From an uncultured Clostridia bacterium (GTDB lineage: Bacteria > Bacillota > Clostridia > Christensenellales > CAG-138), in NCBI GenBank assembly GCA_937894955.1, contig CALAXO010000144.1, positions 1-39,077 of the forward strand: 39,077 nucleotides of DNA, given 5' to 3'. The translations under genes and the position numbers were made by a program. This document shows, one piece after another, positions 1-7,970 of the stretch (its first letter is position 1; every line of letters starts with the position of its first letter). The notes under the pieces were generated by a model, which was not told where the DNA came from, did not search any database, and was given only the letters and a program-made list of their open reading frames with translations.

Positions 1-483
1 ATACGCGCGGTCCGCGTGTCCGCCGCCGACGTGCAGTTCCCTGACGTCCTCGTACCAGTCGGAGCTGACCCCGACGAATACTGTTCCGACGGGTTTTTCG
101 GGTGAGCCGCCGGAAGGCCCTGCAATGCCGGAAATGCCGACGCCGATTTCGGCATTTGCTGCCGCCGCTGCGCCTTTTGCCATGGAGAGTGCTACACATT
201 CGCTCACAACCCCGTGTTCCGCAATGGATTCCTCCGCAACGTTCACGAATTTCACCTTTGCCCGGTTTGCATATGTCACGAATGAGGCATCGAGAACATA
301 CGAAGCGTTCGGCACGTCCACGATACGTGCGGCGGCAAGCCCGCCCGTGCAGGATTCCGCAAAGGAAATATGCAGGCCGTGCTCTGTCAGTGCGTTTACG
401 ACCCGTTCCGCAATCGCAAAGCACGCAGCGCCTTGTTCATCTTTCAAAACAGATTGAGAGCAGTTGTTAATAATATCGTTCAT
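1..483 (-). CDS. CinA-family / PncC-like nicotinamide-nucleotide amidohydrolase domain protein; 3' end cut by the window edge
   Basis: Hand translation of the minus strand from the ATG at 483-481 gives MNDIINNCSQSVLKDEQGAACFAIAERVVNALTEHGLHISFAESCTGGLAAARIVDVPNASYVLDASFVTYANRAKV...GISGIAGPSGGSPEKPVGTVFVG, open to position 1. SFAESCTGG and GIAGP are CinA/PncC hallmark motifs. An AAAGGAAA RBS lies upstream. It is absent from the ORF track because it runs off the edge; the + ORFs 102-470 and 125-457 are its shadows. Confidence 0.8.
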   Translation of the reverse strand, partial: MNDIINNCSQSVLKDEQGAACFAIAERVVNALTEHGLHISFAESCTGGLAAARIVDVPNASYVLDASFVTYANRAKVKFVNVAEESIAEHGVVSECVALSMAKGAAAAANAEIGVGISGIAGPSGGSPEKPVGTVFVGVSSDWYEDVRELHVGGGHADRAY

Positions 484-693
484 GATGATTATTTCCTTTC
501 TTTTGGTTTAAGTCCGCATATACACAGCAGTCATATCTATGAGTTTATCAGACGGCGGCGGGAATTGCAATGCCCGAATTCGGTTTGAAAAATGCATTAA
601 AACTGCAATAATGAAAGTTTAAAACAATATGAAAACGCAACAATTCAGCTCATCTGTTTAAAAATTTTTTCACAAATATTTCCCGTTTTGGAC

Positions 694-722
694 TTAACAA
701 TGTACCGAACATGTGCTATAAT
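694..722 (+). promoter_or_regulatory. Sigma-70-type promoter candidate for the dockerin protein gene
   Basis: TTAACA (694-699), a 17-nt spacer, then TATAAT (717-722) preceded by TGc (extended -10). It lies 57 nt upstream of the ATG at 779. Confidence 0.5.
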
Positions 723-778
723 ATATGCATGTCGGCAGCATCGGACTGCCTGCAAAAAAAGTTTTGAAAGGGAAAACC

Positions 779-3700
779 ATGGCAAAAAGATTTTTGAGTG
801 CGATACTCGCGCTTTCGCTTGTGCTTTCGCTCGTTGCATGCGGCAGCATAATGGCAAGCGAAAAGAAAATTATGCTCAAAAAGACGGATGTCGGCAACAC
901 GGGTGCGGTCATTTCCGCAGAACTGTCCGGCATGAGCCGCAAAGCTGAAATCACGGCGCAAAGCTCCGATGAAAGCATTGCGAAAGTTTCCGTCAAAAAC
1001 AACACGATAACTGTCACCGGCTGCGAAGGTGCAGTCGGCGTTGCGGCAATCACCGTTACCGCAACGGACAGCGACGGCGAGAGGATAAGCTCCGTTGCGG
1101 AGGTTCCCGTTGGGTACACAACCTTCGTTTTCAACGGCGATTCTGTGACGGTTATTGAAGGAAGCGACACAAAATACGAAGTTGTCGGTCAGAACCCTGC
1201 GGATGAAGAAGAACATGCGCTTGAAACCGCGACCGATGCGGCGGGCAACACCGTGTACACCGACACTGCCGATGCAAAACTCTGCATAAGCATCAAAAAG
1301 AGCGGCGGCGCATATGTTTTCTCCGGCAACGGCACGGACGGCGCAATTGCAGTCAAAAAAGAAGCAACAGGCAACGCCTTCCTGCTTTTGAACGGGCTGA
1401 ACCTTACAAGCAGCTATACTTCGCCGATAACGGTAAAGAAGAACTCCAACGCGGCAGTTGTGATAACCGCACTTGCGGGAACGGTCAACACGCTGAGCGA
1501 CGCGGCGTTCAACAATGCCGACACCTACGGCCCGACGGAGGACGGAGGCGACGGCACGAATCAGTTCTATGCCGAGAGCGCGGTCATAAAAGCAAAAACC
1601 GGCGCGACTGTTTACCTTAACGGCTCAGGCACGCTGAACATCAACGGCAACGCCAAAAACGGCATAAAGACCGGTGCGGATTCCCTGCTTGAAATTGATG
1701 AACAGAATCTCGTTGTTAATGCTGCGTACAACGGCATTTCAAGCGAAAACGAACTTTTTATCCGCGGCGGCAGGCTGAATGTTTCAACCGCGGGCAACGA
1801 TGCAATTAAGGCTGATGACGACACTTCGACCATTGGAAACCTCACGGTAACGGGCGGTGAAATAACAATCAACTCCGCCGATGAAGGGCTTGCTGCGGCG
1901 GCGAACGTCAATATTTACGGCGGAACGCTTGATATAACATGCGCAGGCGATGCCGTGAAGGCTGAAAACATTGACGAAACAGCGGGCGATATCTATGTTT
2001 GCGGCGGTGATTTCACGATTGTAAGCACCGGCGACGGCTTCCAGGCGGCGGGAAATATGACCGTCCGCGGAGGCACATTTGACATTACATGCTGCGGAGG
2101 CCACAGCAACTCCTCTTATAATAAAGACACGGACCCCAGCGCAAAGGGCATGAAAGCGGGCGGTGCACTTAATTTCCGCGGCGGAAACATAACCATTGAT
2201 TCGGCGGACGATTCACTGCATTCAAACAACAGTCTGACAATCACGGGCGGAACGTTCAACCTTTCCTCCGGCGATGACGGCGTTCATGCGGATTACAACC
2301 TGACCCTCGGTGAGCGCGGCGGAGATGACGCGGATATCAATATGACCGTTGCAAACAGCTATGAGGGACTTGAGGGCGCGGCGATAGTCGGCAATTCCGG
2401 CAGATATTTCATAAATGCATCCGACGACGGCATCAATGCCGCAAACGGCGATCTTACGGGATACAGTTTCTCCATGCGCTTCTACGGCGGCGAATTCCAT
2501 GTTTACGGACGTTCGGGCGATGGTGCGGACTCCAACGGCGAGATTTCGGTTTACGGAGGCATGCTTGAAATTTTCTGTCCCGGCGGCGGCAACGGTGCAT
2601 TTGATGCGAACGGCACACTCGGCACTTTCGGCGGAACTACGGTGGCGGTCGGCAAAGCCGAAATGCCGCAGATTCCCTCGCAGGGAATCTATGTTGTGTT
2701 CGGCGGCAGCGGCGGCGGCTGGGGCGGCGGCCCCGGCGGCGGTGGCGGCGGACTCAGCTCGTCGTTTTATGACGGGGACACGATCGCGGTCAAGAATTCC
2801 GCAGGAACCGTGCTTTATGAGGGAACGGTTCGCTACTATAATTCAAACTCCTATTCCAACCATGTTGTATTTTCCGATCCCGCACTTGTTTCGGGTCAGA
2901 GTTACACGCTTTACAGAAACGGTTCAAGCATTGCAACCGCAACCGCAACGGGCAGCGGCAGCGCAGCACCGGCGGAGGAAACAAACTGGCAGAGCGTCGG
3001 ACAGCCCGGCAGCATCTACACGCGCGTTCAGACCATGCCTGTCGGCATCGGCAGCGTGATAACAAACACGCAGAGCACCTGTGCACTTTCCGGCGGAGCT
3101 GCAATAAGCGGAACTCCGGTCTCCGTCTCAACGGTCACCGGCGGGTACAGTATCGACGGCGTCGCGGCGGGCAGCACATGGTATCGCGATGCAAGCGGCA
3201 AGCTTTACTGCACCGTTAACAGCGTGAATTACTATCTTGCATACACCGCTTCGGGCTACGGTTGGAACACAACATACAGCATTGCGCTTTCAGAAGATGC
3301 AGCTTCCGCACCCGTTTGGAATGTTGCCGCAAACGGCAGCTATGCAAGCATTTCAACCTCCGTATCCGGCGGCGGTTGGGGCGGCGGCCCCGGCGGCGGA
3401 AGAACGCTCTATCTTGCGGCGAACGGATCAAGCTTCACGCTTTCCTCCAATTCTTCCGGCGTTTATATCTATTCTCCGGACTGCGCACAGGCGGTTTTGG
3501 AGGGTGAAACGGATTATTTCATTAACCTTGACAACGGCGAGAGTATAACAGAAGAGCAGATACTGAGCAATGCTTCAGTCTGCTTCCGCAGCGGCGTGAA
3601 TGCACAGGCACAGACCCTTTCGTGGACGGACAGCCGAATCACGGCGGTTTGGAATCCCGCATTTAACGGCAATGCAGCGGGCGAATATGTTCTTGCGGTG

Positions 3701-3985
3701 AGCGTTCTCGGCACGCGGATAGGTACGATACGCGTCACGATAATCAGCCCCAACGCGGGCAGCGGCGCACCCACGCCCGAACAGCCCAATCCCCCGCAGG
3801 TTCTTCTCGGCGATACGGACGGTGACGGCAGCATTACCGTTTCCGATGCGCTGCTTGCAATGCGTGCGGCAATCGGTGCGATAAATCTCGATGCTGCGGC
3901 AGCACTTCGCGCCGACGTGGACGGCAACGGCAGCGTTTCGGCCGCCGATGCACTGGCAATTCTTCGCCTTGCACTCGGATTGTAA
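779..3985 (+). CDS. Large secreted lipoprotein with Ig-like (Big_2-like) N-terminal module, Cthe_2159/PF14262-like parallel beta-helix carbohydrate-binding repeats, two Gly-rich GGGWGGGPGGG segments and a C-terminal type I dockerin
   Basis: ORF 725-3985, trimmed to the ATG at 779 (RBS GAAAGGGAAAA). The signal peptide MAKRFLSAILALSLVLSLVACGS carries the lipobox LVAC (Cys codon 839-841). Repeated GGxhxIxsxxDGIxA-type motifs are present (GGTLNINGNAKNGIKT, GGRLNVSTAGNDAIKA, GGEITINSADEGLAA, GGTLDITCAGDAVKA, GGNITIDSADDSLHS, GGTFNLSSGDDGVHA). The C terminus DTDGDGSITVSDALLAMR...DVDGNGSVSAADALAILR is a duplicated dockerin Ca-binding repeat. Confidence 0.9.
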   Translation: MAKRFLSAILALSLVLSLVACGSIMASEKKIMLKKTDVGNTGAVISAELSGMSRKAEITAQSSDESIAKVSVKNNTITVTGCEGAVGVAAITVTATDSDGERISSVAEVPVGYTTFVFNGDSVTVIEGSDTKYEVVGQNPADEEEHALETATDAAGNTVYTDTADAKLCISIKKSGGAYVFSGNGTDGAIAVKKEATGNAFLLLNGLNLTSSYTSPITVKKNSNAAVVITALAGTVNTLSDAAFNNADTYGPTEDGGDGTNQFYAESAVIKAKTGATVYLNGSGTLNINGNAKNGIKTGADSLLEIDEQNLVVNAAYNGISSENELFIRGGRLNVSTAGNDAIKADDDTSTIGNLTVTGGEITINSADEGLAAAANVNIYGGTLDITCAGDAVKAENIDETAGDIYVCGGDFTIVSTGDGFQAAGNMTVRGGTFDITCCGGHSNSSYNKDTDPSAKGMKAGGALNFRGGNITIDSADDSLHSNNSLTITGGTFNLSSGDDGVHADYNLTLGERGGDDADINMTVANSYEGLEGAAIVGNSGRYFINASDDGINAANGDLTGYSFSMRFYGGEFHVYGRSGDGADSNGEISVYGGMLEIFCPGGGNGAFDANGTLGTFGGTTVAVGKAEMPQIPSQGIYVVFGGSGGGWGGGPGGGGGGLSSSFYDGDTIAVKNSAGTVLYEGTVRYYNSNSYSNHVVFSDPALVSGQSYTLYRNGSSIATATATGSGSAAPAEETNWQSVGQPGSIYTRVQTMPVGIGSVITNTQSTCALSGGAAISGTPVSVSTVTGGYSIDGVAAGSTWYRDASGKLYCTVNSVNYYLAYTASGYGWNTTYSIALSEDAASAPVWNVAANGSYASISTSVSGGGWGGGPGGGRTLYLAANGSSFTLSSNSSGVYIYSPDCAQAVLEGETDYFINLDNGESITEEQILSNASVCFRSGVNAQAQTLSWTDSRITAVWNPAFNGNAAGEYVLAVSVLGTRIGTIRVTIISPNAGSGAPTPEQPNPPQVLLGDTDGDGSITVSDALLAMRAAIGAINLDAAAALRADVDGNGSVSAADALAILRLALGL
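2711..2742 (+). repeat. 32-nt GC-rich direct repeat, copy 1 (encodes GGGWGGGPGGG)
   Basis: ggcggcggctggggcggcggccccggcggcgg at 2711-2742 versus ggcggcggttggggcggcggccccggcggcgg at 3368-3399. There is one mismatch, and the 657-nt offset equals 219 codons, so the copies are in frame. Confidence 0.85.
3368..3399 (+). repeat. 32-nt GC-rich direct repeat, copy 2 (encodes GGGWGGGPGGG)
   Basis: See copy 1; 31/32 identity read directly from the sequence. Confidence 0.85.
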
Positions 3986-4040
3986 AACTCAAATCGAGTG
4001 AGTTCAAAAATTGAATGAACCGAAAGTGAGGAAAAATAAA

Positions 4041-4085
4041 AATCCTCCGCTTTGGTTTCCTGTCGGAAGGCCGGGGCGGAGGATT
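4041..4085 (+). terminator. Long hairpin downstream of the dockerin gene (probable terminator with an imperfect U tract)
   Basis: aatcctccgc (4041-4050) pairs perfectly with gcggaggatt (4076-4085) around a 25-nt loop. It is followed by the A/T-rich aaatttatatat rather than a clean T run. Confidence 0.45.
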
Positions 4086-4096
4086 AAATTTATATA

Positions 4097-4125
4097 TTGA
4101 CACATTGCGCTGAATTTGATATACT
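4097..4125 (+). promoter_or_regulatory. Sigma-70-type promoter candidate for the 4207 membrane-protein gene
   Basis: TTGACA (4097-4102), a 17-nt spacer, then TATACT (4120-4125) preceded by TGa (extended -10). Confidence 0.55.
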
Positions 4126-4206
4126 GAACACAGACAGAGCAGCTTTACTGCCGCCGAAATGTGCAGCGGAATCAGCGGTACGGTCAAAAAAATATTGGAG
4201 AAAGAA

Positions 4207-4869
4207 ATGTACGAAAACGACCAAAACTCCGTTAACGGAGAATTCGAACAGCCGAAAGGCTTTGAACAGAATGAAAACGATGAGTTTGCTCCTGCGGGTG
4301 AGGACTCAAAAAACGAATTCGCTGCCGCAGAATCCGAACCGAACGGTGAACCCGCGGGTGGTTCGGAATATGAGTGGAATCACTATGATGAAACCACCGC
4401 GCAGCCCGAACCGGAGCGGGTCATATACAAAGAAAATGTATTTATGGGAGTTTTGGGCGCGATTCTTTTCGCAATTCCCGGCGGTGCGCTGACATTCGCA
4501 CTGTCAATTTTCGGTTACGTTGCGGCCCTCAGCGGTATTGCGACCGCCGCACTTGCAATGCTCGGATACAGAATCTTTTCCGGTGCAAACAAAAACAAGG
4601 GCATGAAATCCTCCACGGCTTCCATTGTGACTTCGGTTATTGCAACGCTCCTGATGCTTCTTCTTGCGGAGTTTGTTGTTTACAGCTTTGTAATGTCAAA
4701 AAACTACGGATTAACAATCTTCGAAAGCATGTCCGTAATGCCCGAGTTGCTTGAGGATGCGGAGTTTCGGAAATACTTCATCACCGATGTTCTCGGAGTG
4801 TGGCTGTTTGCTGCAATCGGAATGGGCGGATATATCCGGTTCCTTGTGAAAAAGGGTAAAACTGCCTGA
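4207..4869 (+). CDS. Hypothetical integral membrane protein with an acidic, low-complexity N-terminal region
   Basis: ORF 4159-4869, trimmed to the ATG at 4207 behind the RBS GGAGAAAG. The N-terminal ~85 aa are rich in E/N/F (NGEFEQPKGFEQNENDEFAPAGEDSKNEFAAAESEPNGEP). About four hydrophobic helices follow (GVLGAILFAIPGGALTFALSIFGYVAALSGIATAALAML, IVTSVIATLLMLLLAEFVVYSFV, VLGVWLFAAIGMGGYI). I did not recognise a family. Confidence 0.7.
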   Translation: MYENDQNSVNGEFEQPKGFEQNENDEFAPAGEDSKNEFAAAESEPNGEPAGGSEYEWNHYDETTAQPEPERVIYKENVFMGVLGAILFAIPGGALTFALSIFGYVAALSGIATAALAMLGYRIFSGANKNKGMKSSTASIVTSVIATLLMLLLAEFVVYSFVMSKNYGLTIFESMSVMPELLEDAEFRKYFITDVLGVWLFAAIGMGGYIRFLVKKGKTA

Positions 4870-4922
4870 CATTCGGCGGCAGCCGAATGTTTGACAACAT
4901 CGGCAGCCGAATAAGAACAAAA

Positions 4923-4961
4923 CAGCCTCGGCCGTGCTTTTTTGAAAGGCGGCTGAGGCTG
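4923..4961. terminator. Bidirectional rho-independent terminator between convergent genes
   Basis: cagcctcggccg (4923-4934) pairs with cggctgaggctg (4950-4961): a 12-bp stem with one G-U. It is followed by cgttttcgtttt on the + strand and ttttgttctt on the - strand. Confidence 0.6.
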
Positions 4962-4987
4962 CGTTTTCGTTTTACGTCCGAATCAAA

Positions 4988-6356
4988 TCATTTGCGCTTT
5001 AACTCTATTGAAACATTTCCGTCGTCATCTATAACAAGGGACATATTTCGGATATGCTTTTCATAGAACTGTTTGCGCTCCGCAGCGGACATTTCCAGCC
5101 GTGTGTTTCTCAGCGCGGCATCAAGCATTTCGTTCACATTGAGTTTGATTGAATCGTCAATCCAGCGGTACATTTCCTGAAAGAGCGCGTTGAGTTTGAT
5201 ATCTTCGGCATTTCCGGAATAGAAATCGTCAAGATAACAGTAGAATATTCCGGAATCGGCAAGCGCGGCTTTCATATCCGGCCCGCATTTTTCGCGCTCG
5301 ATCATAACAAGAGATAAGCCCCCAGTAGTCAGAATCGCTTGAAACAACAACAAAGGAATCAACTTGGTTTTGATAATGCTCCCGGCAGGCTCTTGCGGTC
5401 AGCTGAATGTCCACAAGGGATTTGTTCTGCTTGACGCGCTCTGTCATTATGTGTTCCACAGGGATTTTGACGGAGTATTCAAGAATCTTCCATGCGTTCA
5501 CGGTGTGAACGTCGTCAAAAAGGATTATTTTTGATATTTTCTGCATGACCTCATAGTCAAGGTTTCGCAGGGCAGCGCACAGCTTGTACGGGTCGGAGTT
5601 TTCGCAGTCCACAACGACAACGGTTTTTTGGCTGTCGTTTATAAAATCATATATGTTATTTTTGACAAAAGCTCCCGCATCCGAAACACGGTTGTATTCG
5701 GTGAACACATCGTGGTGCCATTGATACAGAAGAGTCACGAATTTTTTATCGTTGAAAAGAATGTTCCCTTCATCCACCGGTTTCCAGTTGATATACATCT
5801 GATACGGATAGCATTGCAGGTTTGCATAGTAAATACTTGCGGCGTCTCTTGTGCCCCCTTCGGTAAATCCGTTGGGCATTATAAACAGCTCCTTGATATA
5901 TGACCAATTAATCCATATCGGGAAAAAACTTTTGCAATTGTTGATTCTGTCGGAGATAATACGATTGATTTCAATTATATGGTGACAAAGCTTGGTGCTG
6001 GTTTTTTTAATGAAAGAGATTCCGTCCTCGCTGAGCTGCTGTATGCATTCGGAAGGGATGATTTCCGGCATGGATAAAAGTCCGCGGTAATCCGTTCGCA
6101 TAATATCATTGATTTTTTTAAAATTGCGTTCGATGGATGTTCGGATGATGCAGAGATTGCGGATGATTCTGGCGTTTTTGTCTTTCAAAAGACGGTTAAA
6201 AACATCGAGCTGCGGAGCTTCGTGCTCGTTTTCAAAAATGCGCTGAGGGACGCCGATAAGAAACGCGACTTTTGAAACAAGTTCGTATGTGCTGTCTTTA
6301 TAAGCAATTTGTTCGCCGGAACAGTCGGCATTGTTCGATGTTGCGGGTGTGTTCAT
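4988..6356 (-). pseudogene. NYN (PIN-like) nuclease domain protein with an uncharacterised ~250-aa N-terminal region; the reading frame is split by one extra base in a G5 run (C5 at 5319-5323 on +)
   Basis: Two overlapping same-strand ORFs (5229-6356 and 4988-5362) are offset by one frame. The total length of 1369 nt is 3n+1. Reading TAC TGG GG(G) CTT ATC with one G removed joins ...FVVVSSDSDYWGL to SLVMIEREKCGPDMKAALADSG..., giving a ~455-aa protein. TVVVVDCENSDPYKL and FVVVSSDSDYWGL match the conserved Asp-bearing strands of NYN/LabA-like domains. The gene is AT-richer than its neighbours. Confidence 0.7.
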
Positions 6357-6481
6357 GGTTTACTCCTTTCAACAAAACACTTTTATTGAGAGTTATTGAT
6401 TTCGGCAGGCATGATTTCAGATAAAACGGTTTTGTCGCGTTCACCCCCTTAAAACTGTCAGCCGATTGCAACTCATAAGAT

Positions 6482-6510
6482 ATTATACACGGGAATCCGG
6501 TTAATTTCAA
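6482..6510 (-). promoter_or_regulatory. Sigma-70-type promoter candidate for the NYN-domain gene
   Basis: The minus strand reads TTGAAA (6510-6505), a 17-nt spacer, then TATAAT (6487-6482). It lies about 125 nt upstream of the ATG at 6356, which has the RBS AAAGGAG. Confidence 0.5.
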
Positions 6511-6640
6511 TCATAAAAAGTCCGAATCAATAATAAAATGCTGTCGAATTAACCGACGGAAGGATGCTCCGGATAATATGCTTTTGCGTAAAGGAGCTCC
6601 GCTTGCGTTGATGCTGTAAAAACTTTGTGTGGAATTTTGT

Positions 6641-6698
6641 TTGGAAAAGAAATTTTGAAAATGGACTGCCGCGGGCAAAAAGCCCTTTGCAGCAGTCC
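6641..6698 (-). terminator. Rho-independent terminator of the tdk / deoxyribosyltransferase-like operon
   Basis: The hairpin at 6663-6698 has the outer stem ggactgc/gcagtcc and the inner stem gggc/gccc. On the minus strand it is followed by the T-rich attttcaaaatttcttttcc. Confidence 0.55.
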
Positions 6699-6732
6699 GG
6701 TCAATCTTGATTCATCGGGTAAAACCGCAGAA

Positions 6733-7161
6733 TCAATCCGCAAAACTTGAAGCGGAGTCAATGCGGTCGGTGTTCAGAATTTCAAGAAGTTCCTCAAAGG
6801 GGCAGACAACGCGCTCTGCCGCAGGGTGGAAATAGAACGTGCATGTGCGGTTGTCGAACGCGAATTCATCGCCGGTCTCGCTCCAGAGTATTATTCGCTT
6901 GTTGCTGCGGGTTGCGAGAGCAACGCCAAGTTCGGTATGTGTGCCTTGCCCGCCGGGAAGAAGGGCAACGACAAGCTCGGCATCGCGGACGGCGCGCAGT
7001 TCGTTGAAAGCAACTTCGCCCATGCGCGCTGCGCCTTCGTGACGAATGTCCCCGTGGGTTGTCCAGTCGTACGTCTGTTCATGCCCGTTGCGGCGCAAAA
7101 CCTTGGCGGCTTCACGCGCATGTTCGGCATTTACAAGACCTGTTGCAATATAAAATCTCAT
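6733..7161 (-). CDS. Nucleoside 2-deoxyribosyltransferase-like (PF05014-like Rossmann/SLOG-type fold) small protein
   Basis: A 142-aa ORF with the RBS GAGGAAAGG. The N-terminal strand RFYIATG and the motif DAELVVALLPGGQGTHTELGVALATRSNKRIILW fit the D/G-x-GT-x-x-E-x-G-x-A catalytic-Glu segment of nucleoside 2-deoxyribosyltransferase-like proteins. It lies 95 nt downstream of tdk on the same strand. Confidence 0.7.
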   Translation of the reverse strand: MRFYIATGLVNAEHAREAAKVLRRNGHEQTYDWTTHGDIRHEGAARMGEVAFNELRAVRDAELVVALLPGGQGTHTELGVALATRSNKRIILWSETGDEFAFDNRTCTFYFHPAAERVVCPFEELLEILNTDRIDSASSFAD

Positions 7162-7256
7162 AGCCTTTCCTCAGGATTGCAAAAAAACGTTCGCGGTGCG
7201 TTTAATATGCACAACGAAAAAAACAGCTGCAATCACTTCGATTTTTAGATTTAAAA

Positions 7257-7823
7257 TTAATCATTGCTGATTTTGCCCTCTGTCCAATGTTTTCGGCAGA
7301 GACCTATATATTTATCGTCGGCACCGAGGACGACCTGTTCACCGACTTTGGTAATTCCGCCTTTACCGTCAAGCCGCGCGTTCATGATCGCTTTCCTTCC
7401 GCACCAACAAATTGTTTTTATCTCTTCAATCGTGTCGGCAAGAGCCATGAGAGTGTGACTGCCCTCAAAAAAATTGCCCTGAAAATCAGTTCTCAACCCA
7501 TAGCATATCACAGGAATGTTGTATTTGTCAACTGCTTCAACAAGCAGCATGACCTGTGCTCGGGTCAAAAACTGCGCTTCGTCAACGATTATGCAGTCAT
7601 AAACATGACAATGCACATCTTTCCACGGAATATCATCGAACAGAATGCATTCGTCGGTCAGCCCGCAGCGGGAGCGCACGATGCGCACACCGTCGCGAAT
7701 ATCAACAGCCGGCTTCACAAGCAGAGCTTTTTGCCCGCGCTCGCTGTAGTTGTATTTGACCATTATTGCCTGAGCGGTTTTTGAAGAGCTCATTGCGCCG
7801 TAACGAAAATAGAGTTTAGCCAT
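7257..7823 (-). CDS. tdk: Thymidine kinase
   Basis: ORF 7257-7877, trimmed to the ATG at 7823 (RBS GGGGGA). The sequence MAKLYFRYGAMSSSKTAQAIMVKYNY (P-loop), IIVDEAQFL and the C-terminal Zn-ribbon CWCGRKA...LCRKHW are typical type II thymidine kinase features. Confidence 0.9.
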   Translation of the reverse strand: MAKLYFRYGAMSSSKTAQAIMVKYNYSERGQKALLVKPAVDIRDGVRIVRSRCGLTDECILFDDIPWKDVHCHVYDCIIVDEAQFLTRAQVMLLVEAVDKYNIPVICYGLRTDFQGNFFEGSHTLMALADTIEEIKTICWCGRKAIMNARLDGKGGITKVGEQVVLGADDKYIGLCRKHWTEGKISND

Positions 7824-7848
7824 AGTTCGAAATCCCCCGTGCCGAGAG

Positions 7849-7877
7849 ATTATAACATAATTATGCCGCAATTTCAA
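7849..7877 (-). promoter_or_regulatory. Sigma-70-type promoter candidate for tdk
   Basis: The minus strand reads TTGAAA (7877-7872), a 17-nt spacer, then TATAAT (7854-7849), about 25 nt upstream of the tdk ATG. Confidence 0.55.
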
Positions 7878-7970
7878 TCACTGTGGATAAACGGGGAAGG
7901 TTTGGCACGCAACGGCGGCATGATTTTGTTGAAAAACACAAAGCAAGGTGCAAAAGGTGCATTTTCGGTA

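Noticed and set aside
102-470. Plus-strand ORFs 102-470 and 125-457 at the left edge
   Set aside because: The minus strand here encodes a clear CinA/PncC-like protein. The plus-strand translations are Arg/Pro-rich nonsense.
2700-2760. A GGC-rich simple-sequence stretch that superficially resembles a tandem or CRISPR-like repeat
   Set aside because: It is in-frame Gly/Trp/Pro coding sequence within a long ORF. There are only two copies, with no spacer-repeat periodicity.
6549-6761. A 70-codon minus-strand ORF between the NYN gene and the deoxyribosyltransferase-like gene
   Set aside because: It overlaps the 3' end of the upstream gene and its terminator hairpin, and has no RBS.
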